Assembly (NCBI GenBank): GCA_947470185.1
Contig: CANIRZ010000001.1
Coordinates: forward strand, 94,013-158,012
DNA length: 64,000 nucleotides
Direction: 5' to 3'
DNA from: Sphingomonadales bacterium
GTDB lineage: Bacteria > Pseudomonadota > Alphaproteobacteria > Sphingomonadales > Sphingomonadaceae
Shown in pieces: positions 54,494-63,687 of the stretch. Below the pieces are notes generated by a model that was not told the DNA's origin, did not search any database, and saw only the letters and a program-made list of their open reading frames with translations. Made by a program: the position numbers and the translations under genes. The number at the start of each line of letters is the position of its first letter. Within the stretch, counting starts at the first letter, position 1.

Positions 54494-54648
54494 TCGGCTC
54501 GCTAACTGAAGGAGGGTTGCCTCGATTGTCGGGAGCCCCATCGCTTCTTGAAGGGCATCGGGCGGGCTGTACATATCATTCCCTTGCGCCTTTCGCTTGA
54601 GCAGGGATAGAAGCAGGCACAAGCGCTGGGGTGTAGAATACGAGGGGA

Positions 54649-56019
54649 ATGGTTTTGGGGATAATTGAACAACCTGCAGATGGCCAACTACATGGTCATC
54701 CCAAAGGCCTGTACTATCTATCTTTTACCGAAATGTGGGAGCGCTTTTCCTTTTATGGAATGTCTGCGCTGCTGACGCTTTATATGGTTAAAGACTTGCT
54801 GTTGCCTGAACATGCGGCGCAGGTTGTTGGTCTCGCTGTTTTACGCAATATCTTCGAATTTCGCGGGCCGATGAGCGATGTGGCTTTTTCGGCGATCATT
54901 TATGGCTGGTATGCGGGCCTTGTCTATTTCACGCCTATGGTTGGGGGGTGGGTTGCCGACCGTATACTGGGTGCAAAGCGCACGGTGATGATTGGTGTAC
55001 TCCTGATGAGTGCTGGGCATGTGGCCATGTCCTTTTATTCAACCTTTCTGTTCGCGCTGTTGCTGCTGATCCTCGGGTCTGGATTTCTCAAGGGAAATAT
55101 TTCCGCGCAGGTCGGCGCGCTGTATCCTCGGTCTGATGAGTCCATGCGCTCGCGCGGATTCACCATTTTCTCGACAGGCATTTGCATTGGTGCTGCGAGT
55201 GGGCCGCTCGTGACTGGGCTGGTTGCCGCTATCTATGGCTGGCACGCAGGGTTTGCGGTTGCGGCGGCTTTGATGTTGATCGCGCTCGTTGGATATATTT
55301 TGGGCCAGCGGCATTTGCCTGATGACCGCCCAGTGGCGCACAAACGGGAGAAAGCGCCGGTCATGACCGCCGCCGAACGGAAACGTGTGGCGGTGCTTTT
55401 GCTTGTTATTGCGCTGACCATACCCGCTGAAATTGCCTATCCGATGGTCTGGAGCATCGGCATATTGTGGGTCGATCAATATGTGAACTTGGCCACGTCG
55501 CTTGGCACGGTGCCATCGAGTTGGTTTGCATCGATGGACTCGATTGGTTCTGTCCTTGCCGCGCCTGCGTTGATTACATTCTGGGCATGGCAGGCCAAGC
55601 GCGGCAGCGAGCCAAGCAGCGTTACGAAAGTAGGTATTGGAACATCCATTATTGCCATTGCCGCACTTCTTTTTGCTTATGGCAATTTAGGACTGAGTGA
55701 ACCGGATAGTGTGGGCGCGGGGTGGGCTATCGCCGGCTGGCTGATCATGGGGTTGGCCTGGATGTATTATTGGCCAACGACGCTGGCCATTGTCAGCAGG
55801 GCCGCGCCTGCGGGGATGGGCTCTTTCCTGATGGGGGTCGCGTTTCTGTCTCCCTTTGTCGCACATGTGCTCGCTGGATGGGTTGGTAGCTATTTTGACC
55901 AAATGAACCCGTCAGTTTTTTGGGCTATGGATGCCGCCATCGCTATTGTAGGCGGTATGGTCATCTTGCTGTTCCGCAAGCGCCTTCAAGCTGCGCTTGA
56001 CCCTGACGTTGCGGCGTAA
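54649..56019 (+). CDS. Proton-dependent oligopeptide (POT/PTR) MFS transporter
   Basis: GHPKGL, TEMWERFSFYGM (ExxERFxxY), GGWVADRILG, GFLKGNIS. Confidence 0.93.
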   Translation: MVLGIIEQPADGQLHGHPKGLYYLSFTEMWERFSFYGMSALLTLYMVKDLLLPEHAAQVVGLAVLRNIFEFRGPMSDVAFSAIIYGWYAGLVYFTPMVGGWVADRILGAKRTVMIGVLLMSAGHVAMSFYSTFLFALLLLILGSGFLKGNISAQVGALYPRSDESMRSRGFTIFSTGICIGAASGPLVTGLVAAIYGWHAGFAVAAALMLIALVGYILGQRHLPDDRPVAHKREKAPVMTAAERKRVAVLLLVIALTIPAEIAYPMVWSIGILWVDQYVNLATSLGTVPSSWFASMDSIGSVLAAPALITFWAWQAKRGSEPSSVTKVGIGTSIIAIAALLFAYGNLGLSEPDSVGAGWAIAGWLIMGLAWMYYWPTTLAIVSRAAPAGMGSFLMGVAFLSPFVAHVLAGWVGSYFDQMNPSVFWAMDAAIAIVGGMVILLFRKRLQAALDPDVAA

Positions 56020-56068
56020 CGGCGCGGCTAAGCCTGCTTTTTGCGCTGCGCCGGAATGCGTGGCAGCC

Positions 56069-57433
56069 TTATGAAATGCGCGCGCCTTGGCGGATCAGTT
56101 CCTTTTGCACGGCGCTTATATCAACGTCGCAAAAATCGCGGTCCGACTTGACCGCCAACGCTGCCGCAACGCCGGCGCCTTGCCCCGCAACCGCGCAGCA
56201 CATCATGTTACGGACCGCTGCGTGGCTGACCTTGTCGCCACCAATCACACGGCCGGCGGTAATTAAATGCTTCACATTCTTGGGCAACATCGACCGGTAG
56301 GGCAGGTGGAAATAGCGGCCTGTGGTCGGCAAGATAAGATAGCCGTAGCCGTCAATAAATTCTGGGAAGATGCCAATGCTATCGTCAAACCGGCCTTGCT
56401 CCATCACGTCGTCTGCCGTCATGTTGTACACCGCATCAATCTTGCGCGTATCGCGAATGCCGAGCGTCATGCCGAAGTTGCGCAGCTTGGCATCTTCGCA
56501 GCCTGGCATGAACGCCTGAAGCGCCGCAATAGCGTGCATCGCCTGCTTACGTCCTGCCATCTCGCCATGCGTCAGCGCATCGGGGTTGGTACCGTCGAGA
56601 TAGAGGTGGCACATGTTGAGATAGGTCAGGTCCCCCTGATCCGAGACTGTACCCCAAGTGCCTGCCATTGTTTTCACGCTGTCTGGTATCAGCCCTGCTT
56701 CCAATGCTTTTTGAAACGGCTTACGCAAAAAGGGCGAAAACATCGCATCCTCTTTGCCGCTGGTGATTACTTCCCACTCACCACCCACAGCCCAGTCACC
56801 ATAGGTCTGCGGGTCGGCCTTTACGGCGTCAATAAACCGCGACTTATTGACGCCGCACATGGAAAACATGACCGAGACCGACATCATTTCGTCGACTGGA
56901 TGCATATGCGTTGGGGCACCGGCCCGGTGGGCAATGTCGGCATCTCCCGTCGCGTCAATGACCCGCTTGGCGAGGATAGCTTCACGTCCCGCCTTGCTCT
57001 CCACAATCACGCCGCGGATCGTGTTGCCCTCCATAATGGGCGCAACACATAATCTGTGGAGCATCGGGATGACGCCTGCTTCTTCCACCAGCGTGTCTGC
57101 TACAAATTTGAAGGCTTCGGCATCCAGACTATGGCTAATGGATTGGGGCTCCGGCATGGCTGCGCCCATGGATTTTGCGCGGTCTTCAAATTCCCGCCCG
57201 ATGCCTTCGCTGTCGATAGTCGCCGGATGCCGATACCAAGCAAAACCCTCGACCCCAACTTGGGTGATATTGCCGCCGAAGCAGCCATAGCGTTCCAGCA
57301 GCGTCGTTTCAACGCCCGCCCGCGCCGATGCCAATGCTGCCGCAAGGCCGCCAGGGCCGGAGCCAACGACAAGGACATCCGTCTGACGGATTATATCAAT
57401 TTTGCGAGCGGGTTCGAGGATGGTATTCATCAT
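56069..57433 (-). CDS. FAD-dependent oxidoreductase (PF12831-like), unknown substrate
   Basis: DVLVVGSGPGG, IDATGDAD, GIRDTR, LPYRSMLP, AGR, GQGAGVAAA; the ATG at 57433 overlaps the betA stop. Confidence 0.85.
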   Translation of the reverse strand: MMNTILEPARKIDIIRQTDVLVVGSGPGGLAAALASARAGVETTLLERYGCFGGNITQVGVEGFAWYRHPATIDSEGIGREFEDRAKSMGAAMPEPQSISHSLDAEAFKFVADTLVEEAGVIPMLHRLCVAPIMEGNTIRGVIVESKAGREAILAKRVIDATGDADIAHRAGAPTHMHPVDEMMSVSVMFSMCGVNKSRFIDAVKADPQTYGDWAVGGEWEVITSGKEDAMFSPFLRKPFQKALEAGLIPDSVKTMAGTWGTVSDQGDLTYLNMCHLYLDGTNPDALTHGEMAGRKQAMHAIAALQAFMPGCEDAKLRNFGMTLGIRDTRKIDAVYNMTADDVMEQGRFDDSIGIFPEFIDGYGYLILPTTGRYFHLPYRSMLPKNVKHLITAGRVIGGDKVSHAAVRNMMCCAVAGQGAGVAAALAVKSDRDFCDVDISAVQKELIRQGARIS

Positions 57434-59100
57434 CTCTGGGCAACTTCCCAATTTGGCGCGACATAAAAAGGCGCGTTGGACGGAGCAAGCATTGGCTTTC
57501 CAAGGATGTGATCTGCGCCCTTTTCACCAATCATGATCGTCGGCGCATTAAGATTGCCTGTGGTGATGGTCGGCATAACGCCGCTATCGACAACGCGCAG
57601 TCCTTGGACACCGATGACGCGTAATTCAGGGTCTACGACCGCCATTGGATCACGCGGGCTGCCCATCTTGCATGTGCAACTGGGATGCAATGCGCTTTCA
57701 ACATGTTCGGCAATGAAGGCATCAATCTGCGCATCGGTGACAGTGTCAGCGCCGGGCTGAATTTCACGTCCACGGAATGGCGCAAAGGCCGGTTGTTGAA
57801 AAATCTCACGGGTCAGCCGCACACAGGCCCGCATCTCCGCCCAGTCGTCGGGATGGCTCATATAATTGAACAGGATTTTGGGCTTGTCGTGCGGGTCTGC
57901 GCTTTTGAGCGTCACTGTACCACGGCTTTTGGAGCGCATGGGGCCGACATGGGCTTGAAATCCATGTTCGGTTGCCAGCGACGATCCGTCATAATTGATT
58001 GCCATTGGAAAGAAATGATATTGGACATCAGGATATTTTATACCCGCACGGCTGCGGATAAAGCCGCAGCTTTCAAATTGGTTTGACGCCCCCAATCCCG
58101 ACCGCCCGAGCAGCCATTGCGCGCCAACCATCGCCTTGCCGAGAAGATTTGCCTTGCCGTAAAGAGTGATGGGTTGGGTGCAGGCCATTTGAAAATAGAA
58201 TTCCAGATGATCCTGTAAGTTTGCGCCGACACCGGGGCGGTCAGCGCGCACCTCTATGCCATTCGCATTTAACTCGTTTGCGGGGCCAATGCCGGAAAGC
58301 TTGAGCAGCTGCACGGAATTGATAGGGCCGCCCGACAAGATGACTTCGCGCGCAGCGCGCAGTTGATGCATCTGGCCCGCTTGTTCATATTCCACGCCAA
58401 CCGCGCGCGTGCCTTCAAATAGGATGCGCGTCACAAGTGCCTTTTCAATGACTTTCAGATTAGTTCGTTTCCGGCCTTCGTAAAGATAGGCCTTAGCCGC
58501 AGAACAGCGCGTGCCGTCACGCACCGTCATATCCATTCGGCTAAAGCCTTCTTGGGCATAGCCATTATAGTCTTCGGTCAGGGCATAGCCCGCCTGTTGC
58601 GCGGCATCGAGCCACGCCTGATGCAGCGGGTTGTCGAGCGGGCCATAGCTGGTCGACAGCGGACCATCGCCGCCCCGATATTCGTTGCCACCTTCGGCGC
58701 GGCCTTCGGCGCGTTTGAAATAGGGTAGCACGTCGGCATAGCCCCAACCGGTGGCGCCCTCATCCTCTTTCCAGCGTTCAAAATCGAGCGCGTTACCGCG
58801 GACGTAGACAAGTCCGTTAATCGAAGAGGATCCGCCTAGGCCCTTGCCGCGCGGGCAATTCAGGCGTCGGTTATTCAAATGCGGCTCCGGCTCGCTTTCA
58901 TAGCCCCAGTTCCAACGCTTGGTATTCATGGGATAGGCAAGTGCTGCTGGCATCTGAATGAATATCGAACGGTCACTGCCACCATATTCAAGCAACACCA
59001 CCTGATGCGTGCCATCGGCGCTCAGCCGGTCCGCCAGCACACAACCGGCAGACCCTGCACCGACGATGATGTAGTCGGCAGCCTCAATAGGGGGCATCAA
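57430..59100 (-). CDS. betA: Choline dehydrogenase (GMC oxidoreductase)
   Basis: GAGSAG, IQMPAALAYP, RGKGLGGSSSING, NLQDHLE, HGFQAHVGPMRSKSRG, HPSCTCKMG, GNLNAPTIM. Confidence 0.9.
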   Translation of the reverse strand: MMPPIEAADYIIVGAGSAGCVLADRLSADGTHQVVLLEYGGSDRSIFIQMPAALAYPMNTKRWNWGYESEPEPHLNNRRLNCPRGKGLGGSSSINGLVYVRGNALDFERWKEDEGATGWGYADVLPYFKRAEGRAEGGNEYRGGDGPLSTSYGPLDNPLHQAWLDAAQQAGYALTEDYNGYAQEGFSRMDMTVRDGTRCSAAKAYLYEGRKRTNLKVIEKALVTRILFEGTRAVGVEYEQAGQMHQLRAAREVILSGGPINSVQLLKLSGIGPANELNANGIEVRADRPGVGANLQDHLEFYFQMACTQPITLYGKANLLGKAMVGAQWLLGRSGLGASNQFESCGFIRSRAGIKYPDVQYHFFPMAINYDGSSLATEHGFQAHVGPMRSKSRGTVTLKSADPHDKPKILFNYMSHPDDWAEMRACVRLTREIFQQPAFAPFRGREIQPGADTVTDAQIDAFIAEHVESALHPSCTCKMGSPRDPMAVVDPELRVIGVQGLRVVDSGVMPTITTGNLNAPTIMIGEKGADHILGKPMLAPSNAPFYVAPNWEVAQR

Positions 59101-59336
59101 TTGGCTCCATTGCCGCGGTCCCGGGCCGCGCGCGCGCTAATCCGGCGACGACCATAGAATCGCAACCGCTGGACAAAAGGACGATTGCAGATTTAGTTTG
59201 TATTCGCATGCCAACGCCATAGCCGTTGGGTAGGGGCAAAGTCGAGACTGTGTTGATGGGCGTGTTGGCGGGGTTTTCGTGGGCGCCATGCACATTAGCC
59301 TCTGTCACCATGATAACATGAACAACGCCACTCTTT

Positions 59337-59456
59337 CGTCATCCTGGAGCCGAAGGCGTGCAGAGCACAACTTGTTTTGGCTCTGCCAGCCTATGGCTTT
59401 AGGATAAAGAGCTATGGGGTAAGGGAGTTGGATCAACGCTTGTTTCGGGGATGACG
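59337..59456. repeat. 120-bp REPIN/MITE-like element with CGTCATCC...GGATGACG termini
   Basis: 8-bp terminal inverted repeats identical to the REP ends at 60097-60358; internal long hairpin at 59341-59405. Confidence 0.6.
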
Positions 59457-59645
59457 CACCTGTCACCTTAATTCCTGAACTTGCTGGCGAGATTGCCTGA
59501 GGTGGCTTGAAGTGGCGCTTTGTGCTCCCTGCATTTATCTGGCGGGTGACATTTTTAACATTATGTTTAACATTATGTGACATTTCGTCATTGGAGCGGT
59601 TGTTAAGAAGGCGCCCACAAATCGCTAGAATTGGGGAGAGCCATT

Positions 59646-60068
59646 GTGAGCTTGTTATTGTCTATCGCGCTCGTTGCTGAGCAGCCTGTTTTTACTGTGA
59701 CCTGTGATTCACCTTTGGGACAGGCATACTACATGGATGAGCCTGACCCCCGTTGGATTTCAGACGGTGTTAAAGGGGGCAAAATCAGTATTGAGATGTA
59801 TTGGGACGAGCCTGTCAGGCTGCTCATTACTGATGTTACTGGCCGAGAGATTAACCCTACATCTCAGGGGGCCACTGTTACCAATACGTCCCGCAAAGGT
59901 AGCCTTTCTGTCTCATCTGATTATGGCAATAAAGGCATATTAGACACATTTTTGGTCTATGGCCGCGAGGGTAAAACTTACCTGCTTTGGACGAATATTC
60001 GCGACAGTCGGTTAGCGCGACAGGGCACAAGGGTTGCCGCATTTGTAGCTAAATGCATAGTTGACTAA
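59646..60068 (+). CDS. Orphan secreted beta-rich protein with a probable terminal disulfide
   Basis: GGGGAG RBS before GTG 59646; hydrophobic N-terminus; Cys near each end. Hand-counted GC is about 48% over 59641-60060, lower than the neighbouring betA stretch counted. Confidence 0.6.
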   Translation: MSLLLSIALVAEQPVFTVTCDSPLGQAYYMDEPDPRWISDGVKGGKISIEMYWDEPVRLLITDVTGREINPTSQGATVTNTSRKGSLSVSSDYGNKGILDTFLVYGREGKTYLLWTNIRDSRLARQGTRVAAFVAKCIVD

Positions 60069-60096
60069 ATGCCATGTTGAATTTCGGTGACATGCG

Positions 60097-60430
60097 CGTC
60101 ATCCCCGCGCAGGCGGGGATCCATCATGTCTTGCAGGGCGTAACCAGCGTAGCTTGCGGGTTTCCTCGAGGCGTGATGGATCCCAGCCTTCGCTGGGATG
60201 ACGGGGTTTTTTGCTGAACGGGTTGGTGACGGGGATAAGGCATTTGTTGCCTGAATTTTACGTCATTGCGATGGTCGCCCCAGCGTAGGCTGGGGCCTGT
60301 CACGCCTGTCGGTCTCCTCAGACGTACGCAATGGATCCCCGCCTGCGCGGGGATGACGAGCTATGGGGCAAGGCAGTTGGATCGACGCCTATTTTGGGGA
60401 TGACGGGGCGGTGCTTTTTTTGATGACGGG
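60097..60430. repeat. Cluster of REP-like palindromes (GTCATCCCCGCGCAGGCGGGGATCC family) forming inverted doublets (REPINs)
   Basis: Copies at 60097-60126 (+), 60174-60203 (-), 60274-60297 (+) and 60331-60358 (-); degenerate ends at 60378-60405 and 60422-60430. Confidence 0.85.
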
Positions 60431-60490
60431 GTAGGTAAAGAATAGACGGCTCAACCAACCCCTTCTTCGCGCCTTCGCATCACTGCGCGC

Positions 60491-62119
60491 TTAGTTCGCC
60501 CAATAGACATATTCCTGACCCTTCTTCCATTGGGCGTTGAGCGGAACGTCGATCCGGATCGCGCCCTCAAGTAGGCCGGGCCATAATGGCTTGGGTAGGC
60601 CGGCATTTTGTGCGTCGATCAACTTGCGCAGTTCCGCCACGCGTGCGGGTTCCTTGGCGGCCAGGTTGATTTGCTCGGTAGGATCGGTGGCGAGGTTGAA
60701 CAGCCATGCCTTTTCGGGACGTTTGGAAATTTGCAATTTCCAGTCGCCCGCGCGGACAACGCGGTAATGCCCCGATCGCCAGAAGGTGATGTCGCGTTTT
60801 GGCCCAGTGCCAAATAGGTTGAAGCTGTCCATCTTGCGATCACTGGGCAGGCTTGCGCCAGTTGCCGCTGTAATCGTTGCAAACATATCGAGATGCTGGG
60901 CGACATCGTTGCGTACGGTACCCGGTGCGATTCTGCCGGGCCAGCGCATTAGCATCGGTACATGAATACCGCCTTCGAAGAAGGTGCCTTTATACCCGCG
61001 ATAGGGCGTGTTGTGGTCCTTTATGCCTGTGTACCACGCCCCGCCATTGTCGCTGGTAAAGATAACCAGCGTATTGTTGTCGAGGCCTGTGTCCTTCAGT
61101 TTTTGCAGGACATCGCCAATCCGCCGGTCAAGTTGGCGCATCATCGCGCCATAGACGCGCTGGGTATGGTCCTTAATCTGCGGCAGTGCGTCATAATCCG
61201 ATTTCAGCGCCTGCAATGGTGTGTGTGGTGCATTATAGGCGAGATACATGAAGAAGGGCCGGTTCTTGTTTGCGTCAATCGCGGCCAGTGCGTTGTCGGT
61301 GAAATAGTCGGTCAGATGGCCCTTGGGACGAAAGCGCTGACTGTCCCCCCAATAGACGGCATGCGGAAGATTTGCCCATAAAAAGCGATCGATGGGATCC
61401 CATGGCAACTTTGCATTGACGACTTGAGGGTCATCTTCAGCCATAAACAAATCCCCGCCCGCACGCATGCCAAGACTTTCGTCAAAACCCTGTGACGTTG
61501 GCCGCAATGGTTTGGCTTCACCCAGATGCCATTTGCCGATGTGGATGTTATGATAACCCTTGGCTTTCAGCACCTCTGGCAACATGATTTCCGCATTGGG
61601 CACCCCCATGTCGGCATAAGCGGGCAGGTCGTGGTTCAGGTCTTTATGATAGATCGTCGGATAAGGCGACGTGCCGTTGTTATGCGCCAGGCTTGAGACA
61701 AAAGCCGCTGGAACGGCGGTAAATTCAAAACCGAACCGCGTCGGATAACGCCCCGTCATCAAGGCCGCGCGAGACGGCGAGCAGGTGGCGTTGGCGGCAT
61801 AGCCATTGGCAAAGCTGACACCCTGTTTGGCAATCGAATCGATATTGGGGGTGGGCACTGCGCCACCGGCAACGCCGCCGCCGTACAGCGAAATGTCGTT
61901 CATCCCCAGATCATCGGCGACAATCAGGATGACGTTGGGCGGACGTTTGCCTGCGGGTGCCACCGCAGGGCCTTGCGCCCATTCAATTGGACGATTTTCG
62001 GCAATGGGTTCAACCCATTCGCCAATGATACCGGGCAGATAGATTTTATACTGCTGAAAACCCAAATAGCCCGCGCCGATCAATAGCGCCAAAGCCCCGA
62101 TCCATGTGCGTTTTTTCAT
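60491..62119 (-). CDS. Formylglycine-dependent sulfatase with N-terminal membrane anchor/signal
   Basis: PNVILIVADDLG, TPNID, CSPSRA (CxPxR), GKWHLG, APHTP, FTSDNG, EGGIHVP; start MKKR at 62119. Confidence 0.92.
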   Translation of the reverse strand: MKKRTWIGALALLIGAGYLGFQQYKIYLPGIIGEWVEPIAENRPIEWAQGPAVAPAGKRPPNVILIVADDLGMNDISLYGGGVAGGAVPTPNIDSIAKQGVSFANGYAANATCSPSRAALMTGRYPTRFGFEFTAVPAAFVSSLAHNNGTSPYPTIYHKDLNHDLPAYADMGVPNAEIMLPEVLKAKGYHNIHIGKWHLGEAKPLRPTSQGFDESLGMRAGGDLFMAEDDPQVVNAKLPWDPIDRFLWANLPHAVYWGDSQRFRPKGHLTDYFTDNALAAIDANKNRPFFMYLAYNAPHTPLQALKSDYDALPQIKDHTQRVYGAMMRQLDRRIGDVLQKLKDTGLDNNTLVIFTSDNGGAWYTGIKDHNTPYRGYKGTFFEGGIHVPMLMRWPGRIAPGTVRNDVAQHLDMFATITAATGASLPSDRKMDSFNLFGTGPKRDITFWRSGHYRVVRAGDWKLQISKRPEKAWLFNLATDPTEQINLAAKEPARVAELRKLIDAQNAGLPKPLWPGLLEGAIRIDVPLNAQWKKGQEYVYWAN

Positions 62120-62574
62120 GCAGAAATCTCCGGTTGGTGTAAGCTCGAGCGCCGTACTGAAAGCCACAGAAACAGTAAAATCACGGGTAGAAAAACTAGG
62201 CTGCTATAATGTTCGGGCGGGTGATGGCCGTTGACGGGGGCATGCTTTATCCAACCCGACCAGCTGAGCAACAGGCGCTCGATAAAAGACACAATAAGAA
62301 AAAGCGGCACCAATGCGCGGTAACGCAATGCGACCACGAGGGTGACGGTGCCATGCGCAATCTGTGTCGCGCCGGCCCAGGCAAAAAGGCCAAAAATCAA
62401 CGTTGGATTATGGCTCAGATCCAGCCCTGCAATAACACCCGCGCCACCGTCGGGCAGGAAACTGTGGATCATCCCCGGAACGATCCAGACGATGCCATAT
62501 AGAGCCAAAAACCGCGCAGAGTAGCGCGAGCCATGATACTGCTCGTTGTTACTCGGAGGCAGGAAAACGTTCAT
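62116..62574 (-). CDS. Multi-pass membrane protein of unknown function
   Basis: About four hydrophobic segments, HSFLPDGGAGVIAGLD motif; stop overlaps the sulfatase start. Confidence 0.7.
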   Translation of the reverse strand: MNVFLPPSNNEQYHGSRYSARFLALYGIVWIVPGMIHSFLPDGGAGVIAGLDLSHNPTLIFGLFAWAGATQIAHGTVTLVVALRYRALVPLFLIVSFIERLLLSWSGWIKHAPVNGHHPPEHYSSLVFLPVILLFLWLSVRRSSLHQPEISA

Positions 62575-62661
62575 CCTGCAAAGCCCGAAAGGGCAATAGA
62601 TGCCAATGCCTTTATCCATGTGAGTTTGCGCATTCTCAATATCTTCCCAATCCCCACTTTA

Positions 62662-63054
62662 TCAATCGATATTCCGTCCGGCAAAAAACATGATCGCCCA
62701 GCCACTTGCCATCAAGACCCCTGCAATAGCGGTCATCCAGTTGGCCAAACCCCAAAAACCCAACGCTGCGCCATAGTGAAACAACGCAAACAAAATTGAT
62801 CCGCCCAGTAAAAAAGCCGGGGCGTGGCGCGCGGAACCGGCCCCAACATTCATGAAGGTGGCGCAAGCTATGCTTGCCATGCTGTGCATGAATTGAATTT
62901 GGGCACCGAGGCGCGCGAGCGTGGACATATGCTCAGACAGATGAGTGGAGAGAATAAGTGCGGTAATCGATATGAGAGCATTGATCGTGGCAAGCCGCAT
63001 CCATGATCGCCGTGTCCAGCGCATTATTTGTGGCTCTCTCGGTCGCACATTCAT
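62662..63054 (-). CDS. DUF423 (YgdD/TMEM256)-like small membrane protein
   Basis: Four TM segments; QFMHSMA, GSILF and GGV-like ...AGVLMASGW pattern. Confidence 0.6.
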   Translation of the reverse strand: MNVRPREPQIMRWTRRSWMRLATINALISITALILSTHLSEHMSTLARLGAQIQFMHSMASIACATFMNVGAGSARHAPAFLLGGSILFALFHYGAALGFWGLANWMTAIAGVLMASGWAIMFFAGRNID

Positions 63055-63683
63055 CCTGCGCTTGTCAGCAGTGCAATGTGTGTCAGCGCCGCAAGCAAAG
63101 CCAGAACCAGCGCGACGGTTACCCGCGGACTGAGATAAAAAGACACAACGCGCTGCGTAGGGAATGAGAACGTAGCAAGCGTACCGAGTAACTTATCGGA
63201 ATGACCTTCGGTAAATAGGGGGTCCATCACCAGCTTCATCATGTCGCGGCGACTGCGGTAGCGCATCAGGCCAAAGATCGTCCAGTCGGGATCCGCCTCG
63301 GTGTTCCACGCATCAATATAGCCGCCAACCTTGCGTCCGACCATGCCGGGATGGCCGCCCGTGCGGAACAGAACCGATATGAAGCGTTTCGAATAGCGCT
63401 TGAGCAGATCAAAGCCTTGAACCATTTGCCCCGTTTTTGGGTCCTCAACCTGCTCCATCTGCGCCTTGACCAGATTGAGCATGACAAACTCGCGGCCGTC
63501 ATCGGCTTCAAGGAAAGCCCGCATAACATCCGCGCGATTGCCTGTGCCCTCGAAACGACCCGCCACTTGTGCCAGAAACGCATCAATCTCGGCAGGTTTC
63601 AGCGGGCCGGACCAATTGTCATACCAGAGCCGAAATATGCCATAAGCGAGCAATGCTGTGCCCCAGATTATCCATATAGTCAT
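63051..63683 (-). CDS. Membrane-anchored protein with DUF1330-like domain
   Basis: Terminal TM helices; DDGREFVMLNL...Y, W-x5-MRYRSRRD and H-x-x-K pattern; start MTIW at 63683. Confidence 0.6.
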   Translation of the reverse strand: MTIWIIWGTALLAYGIFRLWYDNWSGPLKPAEIDAFLAQVAGRFEGTGNRADVMRAFLEADDGREFVMLNLVKAQMEQVEDPKTGQMVQGFDLLKRYSKRFISVLFRTGGHPGMVGRKVGGYIDAWNTEADPDWTIFGLMRYRSRRDMMKLVMDPLFTEGHSDKLLGTLATFSFPTQRVVSFYLSPRVTVALVLALLAALTHIALLTSAG

Positions 63684-63687
63684 GTCT

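Noticed and set aside
54425-54590. Small minus-strand ORF with AAGGGA RBS-like sequence between the crotonase and POT genes
   Set aside because: Two competing frames, no recognisable motif, and the longer frame overlaps the crotonase 3' end; unsupported without ribosome profiling.
59555-59571. CtrA box
   Set aside because: TTAA and TTAAC are spaced by 8 nt rather than the consensus 7, and the tandem duplication explains the pattern.
59409-60405. Classical integron cassette or IS element
   Set aside because: No intI or transposase in the window and no clear RYYYAAC...GTTRRRY attC pair after the gene; kept only as a REP-associated cassette hypothesis.
60097-60430. CRISPR array
   Set aside because: The repeats alternate in orientation, spacing is irregular and there are no cas genes; this fits REP doublets.
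60491-62119. Choline sulfatase BetC (given nearby betA)
   Set aside because: It has an N-terminal membrane anchor and generic arylsulfatase motifs; I do not recognise it as the cytoplasmic BetC type.
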